Numbered from the whole stretch's first letter, positions 1 to 9,854 are shown. The stretch: 62,661 bases of DNA, filler included, from Deltaproteobacteria bacterium (GCA_030698575.1; 5 parts of 5 records of this genome joined end to end with filler, not necessarily neighbours in it); one strand, 5' to 3'. Made by a program: numbers and translations. The notes: a model not told the origin generated them from the letters alone.

Positions 1-1
1 G

Positions 2-1153
2 GTCCATTTCGAATTCCACGTCCCCGGCGCGGACGCCTCCCGTCAGGTCCGCATCGTCGAGGGGCCAGACTGCGTCATGCGCAAATTCTCCCGCGGCGCC
101 CTCCTTGACGGTCACCTCGTCGTTCGCCTCGATCTCGGGCAGCTCATCCTCGAGCAATACCACCCCGGAAGGGTCCTCTTCCATGTTGTCTAACATGTTG
201 TCTGACATGTTGTCTGACATGACCTCTGCCGGCCCGAAATCCGGCGGCTCGGCATCCACCTCCGGACCCGACTGTTCCTCCCAGATGCTGTCGGCCTCCG
301 TCAGATTCGGCGCCGTCTCCACGAGCGCCTCGGCAAACGTATCAGCGGGGGCGGAAGCGCCCGGGCCGACCGGCTCGAGATCGAGAGTGAGTTCGTCCTC
401 CGGCAAATCGGAATCGGAGGGGAGATCAAGAAGCGGTATCGAGTCCGGAACGGCCTCCTGATAAACGATCGAATCGGCTGTGTCCGGCTCGGCTGCTTCC
501 GGCTCAGCGGACGTCGGAACAGGGTCGCGCGCTTCGATGTCGCCAGACGCCTCCGCTCCGTCGGGAGCCGCCTGGATGCTTGCATCTTCCCACCAGGGAG
601 TCGGAAGCGCATCCGTTTCGAGGGCCGGCTCGGGAGTTTCGTCGGCCGCCTTCGCCTCGGCGAACGTCCCGGGCTCCTCGGCCGCTTGCCCGGGGACCGC
701 CGTTGCGGCCGGGGTCTCGACGACCACCGGTGTGGGTGCGGGCTCGATCCCGGCCAGAGCCTGGCGCGCTTCCTCGTCGTCGGGGTTCAGCGCGAGCGCG
801 CGGGCAAAGGCTTCGAAGGCGCCTTCGAGGTCGCCCAGCTGAACGCGCGCCTCGCCAAGGAGCCGGTGCGCCAGCGCGTTCTCAGGTGCATGCGAGATGG
901 CCTCGACCAGTTCGCCTGCCGCCTCATCGTGCCGGTCCAGGGCAAGCTGAGCCCGTGCCAGCGCCACGCGACCGCTGGCGTAAGCCGGGTGGATCGCCAC
1001 GCCGGTCCGGGCGATCGTGAGGGCTTCCTCGAGCCGGTTCGCCTTGCGACAAGCCTCCGCCAGGGGCGCGAAGACGCGCGAGTTCGGATCCCGCTCGAGG
1101 AGCTTCCGGTACCGTTCGATATGTTGATCGATATCGCTTGTATTTTCAGGCAT
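2..1153 (-). CDS. TPR-repeat protein with long acidic low-complexity C-terminal region (3' end runs off the window)
   Basis: Manual translation from ATG 1153: MPENTSDIDQHIERYRKLLERDPNSRVFAPLAEACRKANRLEEALTIARTGVAIHPAYASGRVALARAQLAL...ALALNPDDEEARQ, a TPR helical pattern followed by E/D/P/A-rich sequence. Absent from the ORF track, consistent with no stop inside the window. Confidence 0.85.
   Translation of the reverse strand, partial: MPENTSDIDQHIERYRKLLERDPNSRVFAPLAEACRKANRLEEALTIARTGVAIHPAYASGRVALARAQLALDRHDEAAGELVEAISHAPENALAHRLLGEARVQLGDLEGAFEAFARALALNPDDEEARQALAGIEPAPTPVVVETPAATAVPGQAAEEPGTFAEAKAADETPEPALETDALPTPWWEDASIQAAPDGAEASGDIEARDPVPTSAEPEAAEPDTADSIVYQEAVPDSIPLLDLPSDSDLPEDELTLDLEPVGPGASAPADTFAEALVETAPNLTEADSIWEEQSGPEVDAEPPDFGPAEVMSDNMSDNMLDNMEEDPSGVVLLEDELPEIEANDEVTVKEGAAGEFAHDAVWPLDDADLTGGVRAGDVEFEMD
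182..221. repeat. Short tandem repeat, about 3.3 x 12 bp (CATGTTGTCTRA)
   Basis: catgttgtctaa-catgttgtctga-catgttgtctga-catg, encoding MSDN-MSDN-MLDN-M in the TPR protein. Confidence 0.85.
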
Positions 1154-1262
1154 TTAGAACTTGCGGAACGAGAGAGGATCGCGTTCCGCTCCCCCTGGGG
1201 CAATGCGCGGGGGCGCGCCCCTATATATAGGATGCGGCCGGGCCCCGCGCGTGATGCCGAAA

Positions 1263-2366
1263 CTAGATGGATCTCCCTTCGAGATCAAGCGTGTCGAGCA
1301 GCTCCTTCACGGAAATCTGGACGATCTCGCAGCGGCCGATGCGCCGGACCCCCACAAACCGGATTTCTTTCCCGCGCCGCTTCTTGTCCGCTACAACGGC
1401 GCGTTCCCAGGCCCTTCGGCCGAACTGGGGCGGCTTCGTGGGCAGGCCGGCCGCCAGCACCAGATCGAGAATTCTCGCGGGGGCGTCGGCGCTGCACAGG
1501 CCCAGGCGGGCTGAGATTCGCCCCGCCATGATCATTCCGATACCCACCGCTTCCCCGTGTTTGTATTTCCGGTACTCAGTCAGCGCCTCAATGGCATGCC
1601 CGAAGGTATGGCCGAAATTGAGGATCGCCCGCACTCCGGATTCGAGTTCGTCGGCTGCAACAACAGCCGCCTTGAGCTGACAGGCACGGCGTATGACCGG
1701 AACGAGCGCGCCCGCATCAACCGCCAGTATGCGCGGCATCTGCTTTTCGAGCCTGCCGAAGAGATCGGCGTCGCGGATCACGCCGCACTTGATGACCTCC
1801 GCCATGCCCGCGCGAAGCTCGCGCTTCGGAAGGGTGCGCAGCGTCTCGATGTCGGAGTAGACGAGGCGCGGCTGGTAGAAGCTTCCGATCAAGTTCTTGC
1901 CGAGCCGGTGATTGACGCCGGTCTTTCCCCCGACGGCAGAGTCGACCTGCGCCAGGAGGGTCGTCGGCACCTGTACGTAGGGGACCCCTCGCAGAAATAC
2001 CGCGGCGACGAAACCAGCGAGGTCGCCCACCACCCCGCCGCCCAGTGCGATGACGGCCGAATCGCGATCGAGGCGCGCCTCGATGAGCCGGCCGATCACT
2101 TCCTCGGCGACGGTCAGGGTCTTGGCGGGCTCGCCGTCGGGAACGAGACACTGGATCGGGGAGTATCCCCTCTTCTCCAGCCCCGACTTGACCCGGCGCC
2201 AGTAGCGGCGCGCGACGCGCCGGTTGGTCACAACGGCGACACGGCGCGGAGAGATCACGCGGCTCAGGGAATCAGCGAAACCAGCCAGGCCGTCGGCCGC
2301 GAAGATTATGGGGTATGAGCGATCGCCGAGGCTGACCCTCAGCGGCTTCGCTGCTTCACCCTGCAT
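1263..2366 (-). CDS. aroB: 3-dehydroquinate synthase
   Basis: GGGVVGDLAGF, PTTLLAQVDSAVGGKTG and LNFGHTFGHAIE motifs. Start set at ATG 2366 (MQGEAAK) after a GGAGGG SD. Confidence 0.97.
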   Translation of the reverse strand: MQGEAAKPLRVSLGDRSYPIIFAADGLAGFADSLSRVISPRRVAVVTNRRVARRYWRRVKSGLEKRGYSPIQCLVPDGEPAKTLTVAEEVIGRLIEARLDRDSAVIALGGGVVGDLAGFVAAVFLRGVPYVQVPTTLLAQVDSAVGGKTGVNHRLGKNLIGSFYQPRLVYSDIETLRTLPKRELRAGMAEVIKCGVIRDADLFGRLEKQMPRILAVDAGALVPVIRRACQLKAAVVAADELESGVRAILNFGHTFGHAIEALTEYRKYKHGEAVGIGMIMAGRISARLGLCSADAPARILDLVLAAGLPTKPPQFGRRAWERAVVADKKRRGKEIRFVGVRRIGRCEIVQISVKELLDTLDLEGRSI

Positions 2367-2967
2367 GGTCCCTCCCCCTGTCGGTTCGGGCGGCCCGAGT
2401 CTTCCCCCGCCGTGTAGGCAAGTTTTCCAGCGCTTCGATAACGGCGCTGGCGGTGCCGGACACCCCCAGCCGATCGGTACCGACCGTGGTGTCGGCGAGC
2501 GCGTAGGCATCAGCGCGGGCGGAGAGCAGCTCGCGAATGCGCCGGAGACGCAATTCCTGCGTCCGGGCCCCCGCGAGCATGGGACGGTCACCGCCGCCGC
2601 CGACTCTCCGGAGAATCGTCTTCGGCGAGGCCTCGAGAAGAACGATGGGGCCGAGCCCGCGAAGGGCGGCCACGTTCGCCGGGTCCGTCATCGCTCCTCC
2701 GCCGGTCGACAGCACCAACCTCGACCTTCCCTTGAGCGACGCGATCGCCCTGCTCTCGCGCTCTCTGAAGCCTGCCTCGCCCTCCTCCGTGAAGATGGCG
2801 GGGATGTCCTTGCCGGCCTGCTCGCGGACGAGCTCATCAGAGTCAATGAACGCGTATCCAAGGCGCCTGGCGAGCGCCCGGCCGACGACGCTCTTCCCCG
2901 TTCCCATGAACCCCGTTATGACCACATTGTCGAACCGATTCGCGGCGGCATCGGGTCCTGGCGTCAT
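2356..2967 (-). CDS. aroK: Shikimate kinase
   Basis: Walker A GFMGTGKS, FIDSD, GEAGFRERE, STGGG and RPML motifs. Start at ATG 2967. Confidence 0.95.
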   Translation of the reverse strand: MTPGPDAAANRFDNVVITGFMGTGKSVVGRALARRLGYAFIDSDELVREQAGKDIPAIFTEEGEAGFRERESRAIASLKGRSRLVLSTGGGAMTDPANVAALRGLGPIVLLEASPKTILRRVGGGGDRPMLAGARTQELRLRRIRELLSARADAYALADTTVGTDRLGVSGTASAVIEALENLPTRRGKTRAARTDRGRDHAG

Positions 2968-2973
2968 TCCGGG

Positions 2974-2982
2974 AAGATACCA
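2974..2982 (-). promoter_or_regulatory. Extended -10 promoter for aroK (possibly leaderless)
   Basis: Minus strand reads TGgTATCTT-cccgga-ATG. Confidence 0.45.
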
Positions 2983-3056
2983 CGGCGGGCGGCCAGGGCG
3001 AAGCAATCGCGACAGGGGGCGGTCGATCCTCCCTCCCGGCGATGCCGTGAAATGGC

Positions 3057-3082
3057 GACGGGGCGGCCGCGGCCGCCCCGTC
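3057..3082. other. Perfect 26-bp GC palindrome or hairpin between pilQ and aroK
   Basis: gacggggcggccgcggccgccccgtc is its own reverse complement; no clear U-tract follows. Confidence 0.5.
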
Positions 3083-3154
3083 TCGCAGTTCCAGGCTGTT
3101 TCCCCGCGGGAAGCATCATCCCGAGACGAGGGCGGACCGGCCTTCCAGAAAGGC

Positions 3155-5785
3155 TCAGGCCGCTCCCGCCTCCCCACCGATAATTCTCGGCGTCACGAAG
3201 ATGATGAGTTCCTTCTTCTTGTCGGAAACGCTGTAGTTCCGGAAAAGCCACTGGAAGCCCGGAACACGGTTCAGGTACGGAATGGACATGTTGTTCGCGG
3301 CCTTGTCGACGACGTAGATTCCGCCGATCACGACCGTCTGCCCATCCTTCACCAGAGCCTCCGTGGTCGCCTCGTTCTTGGCGATCGCGGGGTCGCCCGT
3401 CGCCGTTGGTACCGAGAGGTCCGGCGCGTTCCGGGCCACCTTGATCTTCATGATGATCGACCTGTCGCTCGTCACGTGTGGCGTCACCGTGAGCGAGAGA
3501 TCCGCATCGATGAACTCGAGGTTCGTGTCCCCCTCCTCGGTGGTCTGGAAGGGAATGGAGATGCCCTGCTGGATCTTGGCTTCCTTGTTATCGAGCGTGA
3601 TGATCCGCGGGCTCGAGATCACGCGGCCGTTACCGGAGCTCTCGAGCGCCTGGATCGTGACGTCCACGTCGAGCTGATCCTTCAGCGCCGTGAAAGAGCC
3701 GGAAGCGACACCGGTCGGCATCCCTTTAATGGGAAGGGCGCCGGAAAAGAGGCTGGATCCCGACGGGCTCGTGCCCGAGTTCACCACCCGGTTCCCGAAA
3801 TTGACGTTGTCGCTAGCGGCGTTTTTCCCGTTGCCGATGTCAGCGTTCAGGAAGTCGGCCGTGTACATGATTCCCAGTTCTTTCGCGAAGTCGAGGTTGG
3901 CTTCGACGATCTTCGCCTCGATCAGGACCTGGGGGGTTTGCGTGTCGAGCCGTCGAACGAGCTTGACCGCCTGCTCGATCACCGTCGGGATGTCCTTGAT
4001 GATGAGCGTGTTCGTCCGGATGTCGACGTTGGACGAACCACGGTCGGACAGAAGGCTCTCCACCTGCTCCTGCGCATCGGTCACTTTTGCGTAGTTGATC
4101 GGAACGAGCTTGACCATGAGGTCTTCCAGCTTCTCCACCGACCGACGATCGGCAAGATACTGGGCCTCCTCGGCCTTGAGGCGCTCGGCCGGCGCAACCC
4201 GGAGGATGTTCCCGGTCCGGATGTAGCCGAGCTGCCGGCTCGCAAGCACCACGTCCAGCGCCTGATCCCAGGGGACATTTACCAGGCGCACGGTAACTGC
4301 GCCGGCGACGTCCTCGGCCGCAACCACGTTAAGTCCGCTGACCTCCGCGATGAGGCGGAGAATGTTCTGGATGTCGGCATCCTTGAAGTCGAGTGAAACC
4401 AGATTGCCGTGGTAGACTTTCCCGGGCCGGAAGCCGAGGCTGATCTCGGGCCTTTCGGTCAGGACCCCTTCGTTGGGATTCCGGATCTCGTCCGGATCGA
4501 TCTCGGACGCCGCCTCCGTGTCCAGAGCAGCCATCACCGGCGTCGCCAGCGGCACGATCGGCTCCGAGGCCTCGAGATCGGGCAGCGCCGGGTTCTCCGT
4601 CTCCGGCGTGATTGCAGCGGCGGTGCGCTCCTCCTTAAAGGGCTCCGGCTTAACGGGCCGGGGAGCAGCTTCAGGGGCGATCTCCGTCACCTGGGCCGCC
4701 ACCGGGGTCGCTGCAGGAATCGCGCTCGCGATGTTCTTCGAACGATCTCCGAAGGCGATCAGAAGCGTGCTCCCCGCGGGCTCAATGGCGTAGGGCGCGC
4801 TTTCGTCGTCGAGATCCAGGACAATTCTCACCTTGCCGGGATGGGGCCCGATCCGGACGCTGCCGATTTCGGGGCCGCCAACCGGTATCAATCGCTTCCC
4901 GCTCGCCTCTTGAACGCCGAAGACATCGACCACCAGCCGGCTCGGATTGTCGAGCGTGAAGAAATCGAAACTCCTCGCGCGGCCGTTCAGCTCGACGGCC
5001 ACCTGCGTGCCGGTAGCTGCCTTGTCGACGCTGACCGCAGTCAATTCAGTCGCTTCCGGAAGAGCGAGATCACGGGTAGCGGGCGCTTCTGAAGGCTCCG
5101 CCTTCGTGACCTGCACGGCCTGCGGCGATTCTTTCCCGGAAGCCTCAGCCTCGGTTTCCGTCTTCGCGGGCGTAGCGCCGATCTTCGCGAGGGCATCCGT
5201 CTCAGCGCCGCCGATGTCTGTGGTATCGAGGCCGGACTTCGCCGCTGAGGGCTCCGGAGCCAGATCGTCCTCGGCCGCTTCCGCCGAAACCTCCATCACG
5301 AGGCCGTCAGGCTTCTGGTGGACCTCGTAGTGCACTTCCCGCTTCAGCGTGACCAGGATGCGGCTCGACTGCTTCTTGGAAGCCGTCTGGGTGACGAACA
5401 CCTTGTCCACCAGCTCGCCGTCGACCTCGAAGGGGGCGATGGGCTTGGCGATCTGCGTTCCCGCCAGGTTGAGGATCACCGCCGGCGGATCCTGCTGCCG
5501 GACGGCGAAGAAGAACACCGGCCGGTTCGCATAGGCGCGAATGCTCGTCCTGTCGCCCTCCTTCGTAATCTCGACGCGATCAATGACGGTGGCGTCGTTG
5601 TCGGAACCGAGGGCGGAGGCCTTCGGGCCGGCGCCTGTTTCGTCCTTCGCGTACGCACTGGCGCCCAAAAGGAGCGTCAGGCACGCCGCAATGATGAAGA
5701 GCGCGGCTACGCGGGACAGAAGGCCCCGAGCAACGCCACCTTCGACGAAGGAGCCCATATTTTCAAACCTCCCCCTGTTGCTCAT
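3155..5785 (-). CDS. pilQ: Type IV pilus secretin PilQ with AMIN domains
   Basis: Signal peptide, AMIN-like segments (FFTLDNPSRLVVDV), VSLDFKDADIQNILRLIAEVSGLN, VPWDQALD, QVLIEAKIVEA and KELIIFVTPRII; last gene of pilMNOPQ. Confidence 0.97.
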   Translation of the reverse strand: MSNRGRFENMGSFVEGGVARGLLSRVAALFIIAACLTLLLGASAYAKDETGAGPKASALGSDNDATVIDRVEITKEGDRTSIRAYANRPVFFFAVRQQDPPAVILNLAGTQIAKPIAPFEVDGELVDKVFVTQTASKKQSSRILVTLKREVHYEVHQKPDGLVMEVSAEAAEDDLAPEPSAAKSGLDTTDIGGAETDALAKIGATPAKTETEAEASGKESPQAVQVTKAEPSEAPATRDLALPEATELTAVSVDKAATGTQVAVELNGRARSFDFFTLDNPSRLVVDVFGVQEASGKRLIPVGGPEIGSVRIGPHPGKVRIVLDLDDESAPYAIEPAGSTLLIAFGDRSKNIASAIPAATPVAAQVTEIAPEAAPRPVKPEPFKEERTAAAITPETENPALPDLEASEPIVPLATPVMAALDTEAASEIDPDEIRNPNEGVLTERPEISLGFRPGKVYHGNLVSLDFKDADIQNILRLIAEVSGLNVVAAEDVAGAVTVRLVNVPWDQALDVVLASRQLGYIRTGNILRVAPAERLKAEEAQYLADRRSVEKLEDLMVKLVPINYAKVTDAQEQVESLLSDRGSSNVDIRTNTLIIKDIPTVIEQAVKLVRRLDTQTPQVLIEAKIVEANLDFAKELGIMYTADFLNADIGNGKNAASDNVNFGNRVVNSGTSPSGSSLFSGALPIKGMPTGVASGSFTALKDQLDVDVTIQALESSGNGRVISSPRIITLDNKEAKIQQGISIPFQTTEEGDTNLEFIDADLSLTVTPHVTSDRSIIMKIKVARNAPDLSVPTATGDPAIAKNEATTEALVKDGQTVVIGGIYVVDKAANNMSIPYLNRVPGFQWLFRNYSVSDKKKELIIFVTPRIIGGEAGAA

Positions 5786-6339
5786 CAGCTTTCCTCCCCA
5801 TACAGATCGGGCTGAACGATCTTCAGGGTCACGCTCTTCTGGCTCTCGTGTCCCAGATAATCGATATAGGTTTCCTTGACCCGGACCTCACGGTCCCCGA
5901 TGTTAGTCACGATGCCCCGGTTCTTGCCAATGTCCGATCCGATCTGGATGACATGGCTGCGACCGGTCGGGTCCGCGACCATGGCCTTGGGCAATTCCAC
6001 GTTCCAGACGACGGCCGTCAGTTGAAGCTGTGCGAGGTCATACCGGCGGAGCGGGCTTTCCGCGACCTTCGAGGATTCACGAAGGAGAATGAAGGGGCGG
6101 AAAGGGTCCGGCTTGTTCGCCGATTCGTACCTGTACTCGGCCTGCAGAGCCGCTTCCTGAACCGTTTTGGTTGCTGGAGCGGTCTTCGCCACCTCGTCGG
6201 TGGCAGCCGGCGTATCTGACGCCGGACCTTCAGAGCCACCACAACCAGGAAGGATGGCGATCATTGCGATGGCGAACGCTGCGGCACAGCCCCAGCTCCA
6301 TCGGCTCCGGCGGTTCTCCATTTTATTGTTTCGTGCCAT
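5785..6339 (-). CDS. pilP: Type IV pilus assembly lipoprotein PilP
   Basis: Lipobox LPGC, YRYESANKPDPFRP, SPLRRYDLAQLQLTAVVW and IGKNRG motifs; operon position. Confidence 0.92.
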   Translation of the reverse strand: MARNNKMENRRSRWSWGCAAAFAIAMIAILPGCGGSEGPASDTPAATDEVAKTAPATKTVQEAALQAEYRYESANKPDPFRPFILLRESSKVAESPLRRYDLAQLQLTAVVWNVELPKAMVADPTGRSHVIQIGSDIGKNRGIVTNIGDREVRVKETYIDYLGHESQKSVTLKIVQPDLYGEES

Positions 6340-6378
6340 CTCGCTCCCCGTCTCTTGAGTCCGCAACGGCGTCTGGGA

Positions 6379-6996
6379 TCAGGCGCCGGCGGCAGCGGCT
6401 GCCGCTGCCTCGTCCGCCGCGAGTTCCGCGTCATTGACGAAGCGGAAAGTCGTGGCCACCCCGCTAATCGTCAGCATGACCGCATTCGGGCTTACCTCGA
6501 CGTTGTCCACGCTGAAGCTCTGCACGTTCACGATCCGGTTGAGTCTTGAGAGTTCGTCAAAGAATTTCGCCAGATCATGGTAGCCGCCGTTCAGCACGAT
6601 GCTGATCGGCACCTCGGCGTAGAATCCCTTCTTCACTTCCGGCTGCGGAATGAAGGATTTGAACTCGAGGCCCGCGTTCTTTCCCAGAGTCGTGATGTCT
6701 GTCAGCAGCACCGGCAGTTCCTTGTCGTTCGGAAGCTGCATGAGCGCTTCGGTGAGCTCCGCGTTGAGGCGCTTCAACTCATTCTCGAATCGCGGAAGAT
6801 CGGCGGCCAGCGTGCGATTCTCGGCCAGCTGAACCTGGAGTTGCCCCAGCTTGTCGTTCGATGCATTCAGGTCCTGCCGCTTGGCATCGAACATTGCGAA
6901 CCAGTAAGCGACCAGGAGCAGTACCGAGGCGCAGGCCAGCAGCGCGAGCTTCTGCTGCTTCGGCAGCTTCTTGATCTTGTCCATGTCAAGCGCCAC
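6379..6996 (-). CDS. pilO: Type IV pilus assembly protein PilO
   Basis: N-terminal TM, coiled coil, QLPNDKELPVLL and FYAEVPISI..GGYHDL..FFD...LNRIVNV. Confidence 0.95.
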   Translation of the reverse strand: MALDMDKIKKLPKQQKLALLACASVLLLVAYWFAMFDAKRQDLNASNDKLGQLQVQLAENRTLAADLPRFENELKRLNAELTEALMQLPNDKELPVLLTDITTLGKNAGLEFKSFIPQPEVKKGFYAEVPISIVLNGGYHDLAKFFDELSRLNRIVNVQSFSVDNVEVSPNAVMLTISGVATTFRFVNDAELAADEAAAAAAAGA

Positions 6997-7558
6997 TTTC
7001 AGCCTCCTCCGGAACTCCCGGGATCGCGACCGAACAGCTGATCGTGAACCGGTTGAGTTTCACCGGCCCGCCCTCTTCCAGTTCGCTCCGCTCGAGCTCG
7101 ACGTTCTCGAAATAGGGTGATTCCTCGAGTTTTATCATGTATGCGGCGATCGTTTCGTTATCGATAGACAGGCCCTCGACCGAGAGAGAGCCGTTACTCT
7201 CGTTGAGGCGCGTGAGCCAGACCTTCTCGGGAAGGCGGCTCGCTATCTCGTCAAGAACGCGAACCGGCCCGCCGCGGTTGGCTTCAAGCGTCTTGATGAT
7301 GGTGAGCTTCTCCTCGATGTCCGCCTTGCTCTTCTTGTACTCCGCAACGTTCCCGATGACCTTGCTCAGCTCATCGATCTCGGCCTGGGTTGTCTGGACC
7401 TGGCTGTTGACGGAGGAGATGCGCCCCACGATTACCACGTGGATCGCGATGATGAGGAGGAGCGTTCCGCCCAGGACCCCGCCAATGACGAGGGCCTGCT
7501 TGAGCTCCGTCTCCCGCTTCTTGGCTTCCCTTACGGGAAGTAAATTGATGCTGATCAT
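6986..7558 (-). CDS. pilN: Type IV pilus assembly protein PilN
   Basis: INLLP PilM-binding motif at the N-terminus (ATG 7558), one TM, PEKVWLT motif. Confidence 0.95.
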   Translation of the reverse strand: MISINLLPVREAKKRETELKQALVIGGVLGGTLLLIIAIHVVIVGRISSVNSQVQTTQAEIDELSKVIGNVAEYKKSKADIEEKLTIIKTLEANRGGPVRVLDEIASRLPEKVWLTRLNESNGSLSVEGLSIDNETIAAYMIKLEESPYFENVELERSELEEGGPVKLNRFTISCSVAIPGVPEEAESGA

Positions 7559-7559
7559 G

Positions 7560-8633
7560 TCACGCCCCCGCCGTGCGGAGCGCCAGCCCGACGCCCACGC
7601 ACATGGACGGCCCGACCTCGCGCAGATAGTCCTCGTCAATCATCTTCCCGTCACACTCGATCTGGCGGAACGGATCCGCGATCTCGACCGGAACGCGTGT
7701 CTTTTCCTCGATAATCTCCGGAAGGCCAGACATCTGGGCGCAACCGCCGCTGAGGATGATCCTGGACACGCGATCCTCCGGCGCCGTGGCGCCGAAGAAC
7801 TCCATGGAGCGCTGGATCTCGGCGGCCAGCGTTTCGGAAACGCCGCGCATCGCCCGATCAACCTCCTCGGGCAGGATTTCCTTGCCGGCCAGCGAAGGCG
7901 TACCGCCCAGCTTGATTGCCTCGGCTTCCTGGAAGCTCACGTGCAGGGTTTTCTGGATCTCTTCCGTATACTGGTTCCCGCCGGCCGAGATGTCCCGGGT
8001 GAAGACGGGGAGCCCGTTTTTCACGATGTTGATGTTCACGATCGAGGCCCCGATGTTCACCAGGGCCGCAGTCTCGTCCTGATTCGCGGCGTAGTTCTTC
8101 TCGAACATCGTCTCGACGGCGAAGGCTTCAACGTCGATCACCGTGGGCCGCAAGCCCGCTTCCGTGATCACGTTGACGTAGTCGTTGATCAGCTCTTTCT
8201 TCGCCGCGACGAGCAGAACATCCATCTTTCCGTCCGACTCGAACCCGTTCGAAAGAATCTGGAAATCGAGATTCACGTCGTTGATGTCGAAGGGGATGTA
8301 CTGCTCCGCCTCCCACTGGATCTGCTCCTCGAGCTCTTCCTTGGTCATCGCGGGAAGACTGATCTTCTTGATAATCACCGAATGGCCGGAAACGGCCACG
8401 ACGGCATCCTTGGTCTTGATGTTGTTGTTCACGAGAACGTTCTGGATTGCCTCGACGATCGCGCCTGAATTTAGAAGCGCGCCGTCGACGATCGCCTCGG
8501 GAGGAAGGCTCGCTGTGCCGAGATTGACGAGCTGATATCCCCGCCTTCCCGGCCGGAGCTCCACCACCTTCACGGCGTGTGATCCGATGTCGAGCCCGAT
8601 GACCGGCCGTGCCTTGTTCAGCTTGAAAAACAT
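7560..8633 (-). CDS. pilM: Type IV pilus assembly protein PilM
   Basis: IGLDIGSHAVK, EAEQYIPF, LLVAAKK, VNIGAS and LSGGCA actin-like motifs. Confidence 0.97.
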   Translation of the reverse strand: MFFKLNKARPVIGLDIGSHAVKVVELRPGRRGYQLVNLGTASLPPEAIVDGALLNSGAIVEAIQNVLVNNNIKTKDAVVAVSGHSVIIKKISLPAMTKEELEEQIQWEAEQYIPFDINDVNLDFQILSNGFESDGKMDVLLVAAKKELINDYVNVITEAGLRPTVIDVEAFAVETMFEKNYAANQDETAALVNIGASIVNINIVKNGLPVFTRDISAGGNQYTEEIQKTLHVSFQEAEAIKLGGTPSLAGKEILPEEVDRAMRGVSETLAAEIQRSMEFFGATAPEDRVSRIILSGGCAQMSGLPEIIEEKTRVPVEIADPFRQIECDGKMIDEDYLREVGPSMCVGVGLALRTAGA

Positions 8634-8844
8634 GCGCTCTCCCTGGAGCGGCCCGATGGCACGCGACGCTTCATCGGGCCCGCTTCTGACGATCGACCTG
8701 ACAAAAAGGAGTGTCCAAGGATCCCCCGTTCAATCACCTTTTTCGGGAATAGCCGCGGGAACTTGAGCCCAATCCGTGCGCCCTTTGTGCGGGCCCTCCG
8801 CAGGGCGGTCTTGCTGCCCATCCCGTCCTCGAGGGCAACAAGAG

Positions 8845-8861
8845 AGCAACAACCGTGCCAG
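8845..8861 (-). promoter_or_regulatory. Sigma-54 (-24/-12) promoter of the pilMNOPQ operon
   Basis: Minus strand CTGGCACGGTTGTTGCT fits TGGCAC-N5-TTGCW with exact GG-N10-GC spacing. Confidence 0.8.
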
Positions 8862-8918
8862 ATGCCGCATTCCCACCCCGGGACCGGGAGGCAAAATGGC
8901 CCATGATTTCAGGGGTTC

Positions 8919-9018
8919 NNNNNNNNNNNNNNNNNNNNNNNNNNNNNNNNNNNNNNNNNNNNTTAATTAATTAANNNNNNNNNNNNNNNNNNNNNNNNNN
9001 NNNNNNNNNNNNNNNNNN
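8919..9018. other. Artificial contig linker
   Basis: N44-TTAATTAATTAA-N44 (stops in all frames). Confidence 0.99.
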
Positions 9019-9854
9019 GGCCGGGCAAAGTAGATGTACTCGAAGATGCAGAGCGCACGCTTCGTTTCGGGCCAGGGGCGGAGGGAGCGCATCCCCTCCT
9101 GGTCCCACACGATCAACTCGCCGGGCTCCACCTCACGGATGTACTCCGCCTCGATGAGATCCAGGGCGCAGGTCTCGCTCGCCACCACCCAGGCGTCCTT
9201 CAACCGGCCCAGCGTGAGCGGGCGGAAACCGTGGGGATCCCGCACCGCAACCATCTTGTTTTCCGTCATCAGGACGGCGGAGTAGGCTCCGCGAACCCGC
9301 GTGAGCGCCTCGACGAGCTGCTCTTCGAGAAAGCGAGCCTTCGACTGGGCAATCAGATGAACGATCACCTCGGTGTCCATAGTGGACTGGAAAATAGAGC
9401 CGTAGGCCTCCAGCTCATCACGAAGGATGCCCGCGTTGACGAGATTTCCGTTGTGGGCGATGGCAATGGAGCCGCGGGAGTACTCCACCAGGAAGGGCTG
9501 CGCGTTGTCGATCCGGCTCTCGCCGCTCGTGGAGTAGCGGACGTGGCCGATGGCCATGCGGCCAGGCAGCGTGGCCAGCAGCTTCTCGCCGAAGATGTCA
9601 GCAACGAGCCCCATCTGGCGATGGGCGCGCAGCAAGCGACCGTCGCTCGAGACGATCCCGGCTGACTCCTGACCCCGATGCTGGAGAGCGTAGAGACCCA
9701 GGTAGGTGAGGTTGGAGGCTTCCTCGGCGCCGTAGATGCCGAAGACGCCGCACTCGTCGCGCGGGCGGCCGCGCCCCTCGATGGGTGCCAGCGGTAGTGA
9801 GTCGCGCGAGGCCGGGACGGACTGAGGCTCACCGGCGCTTGCCGCGTGCTTCAT
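9019..9854 (-). CDS. purF: Amidophosphoribosyltransferase (5' part, truncated by contig end)
   Basis: DECGVFG (catalytic Cys), [27 protein letters not shown] and [10 protein letters not shown]. Confidence 0.97.

Noticed and set aside
8655-8675. Second TGGCAC near the pilM start
   Set aside because: On the opposite strand to pilM and lacks a GC at the -12 spacing
8919-9018. Recurrent TTAATTAATTAA flanked by Ns (four copies in the window)
   Set aside because: Identical 100-nt artificial contig spacers, not a biological repeat; neighbourhoods across them were not interpreted
9750-9854. 34-residue PurF propeptide before the catalytic Cys
   Set aside because: Propeptides of variable length are normal for this enzyme
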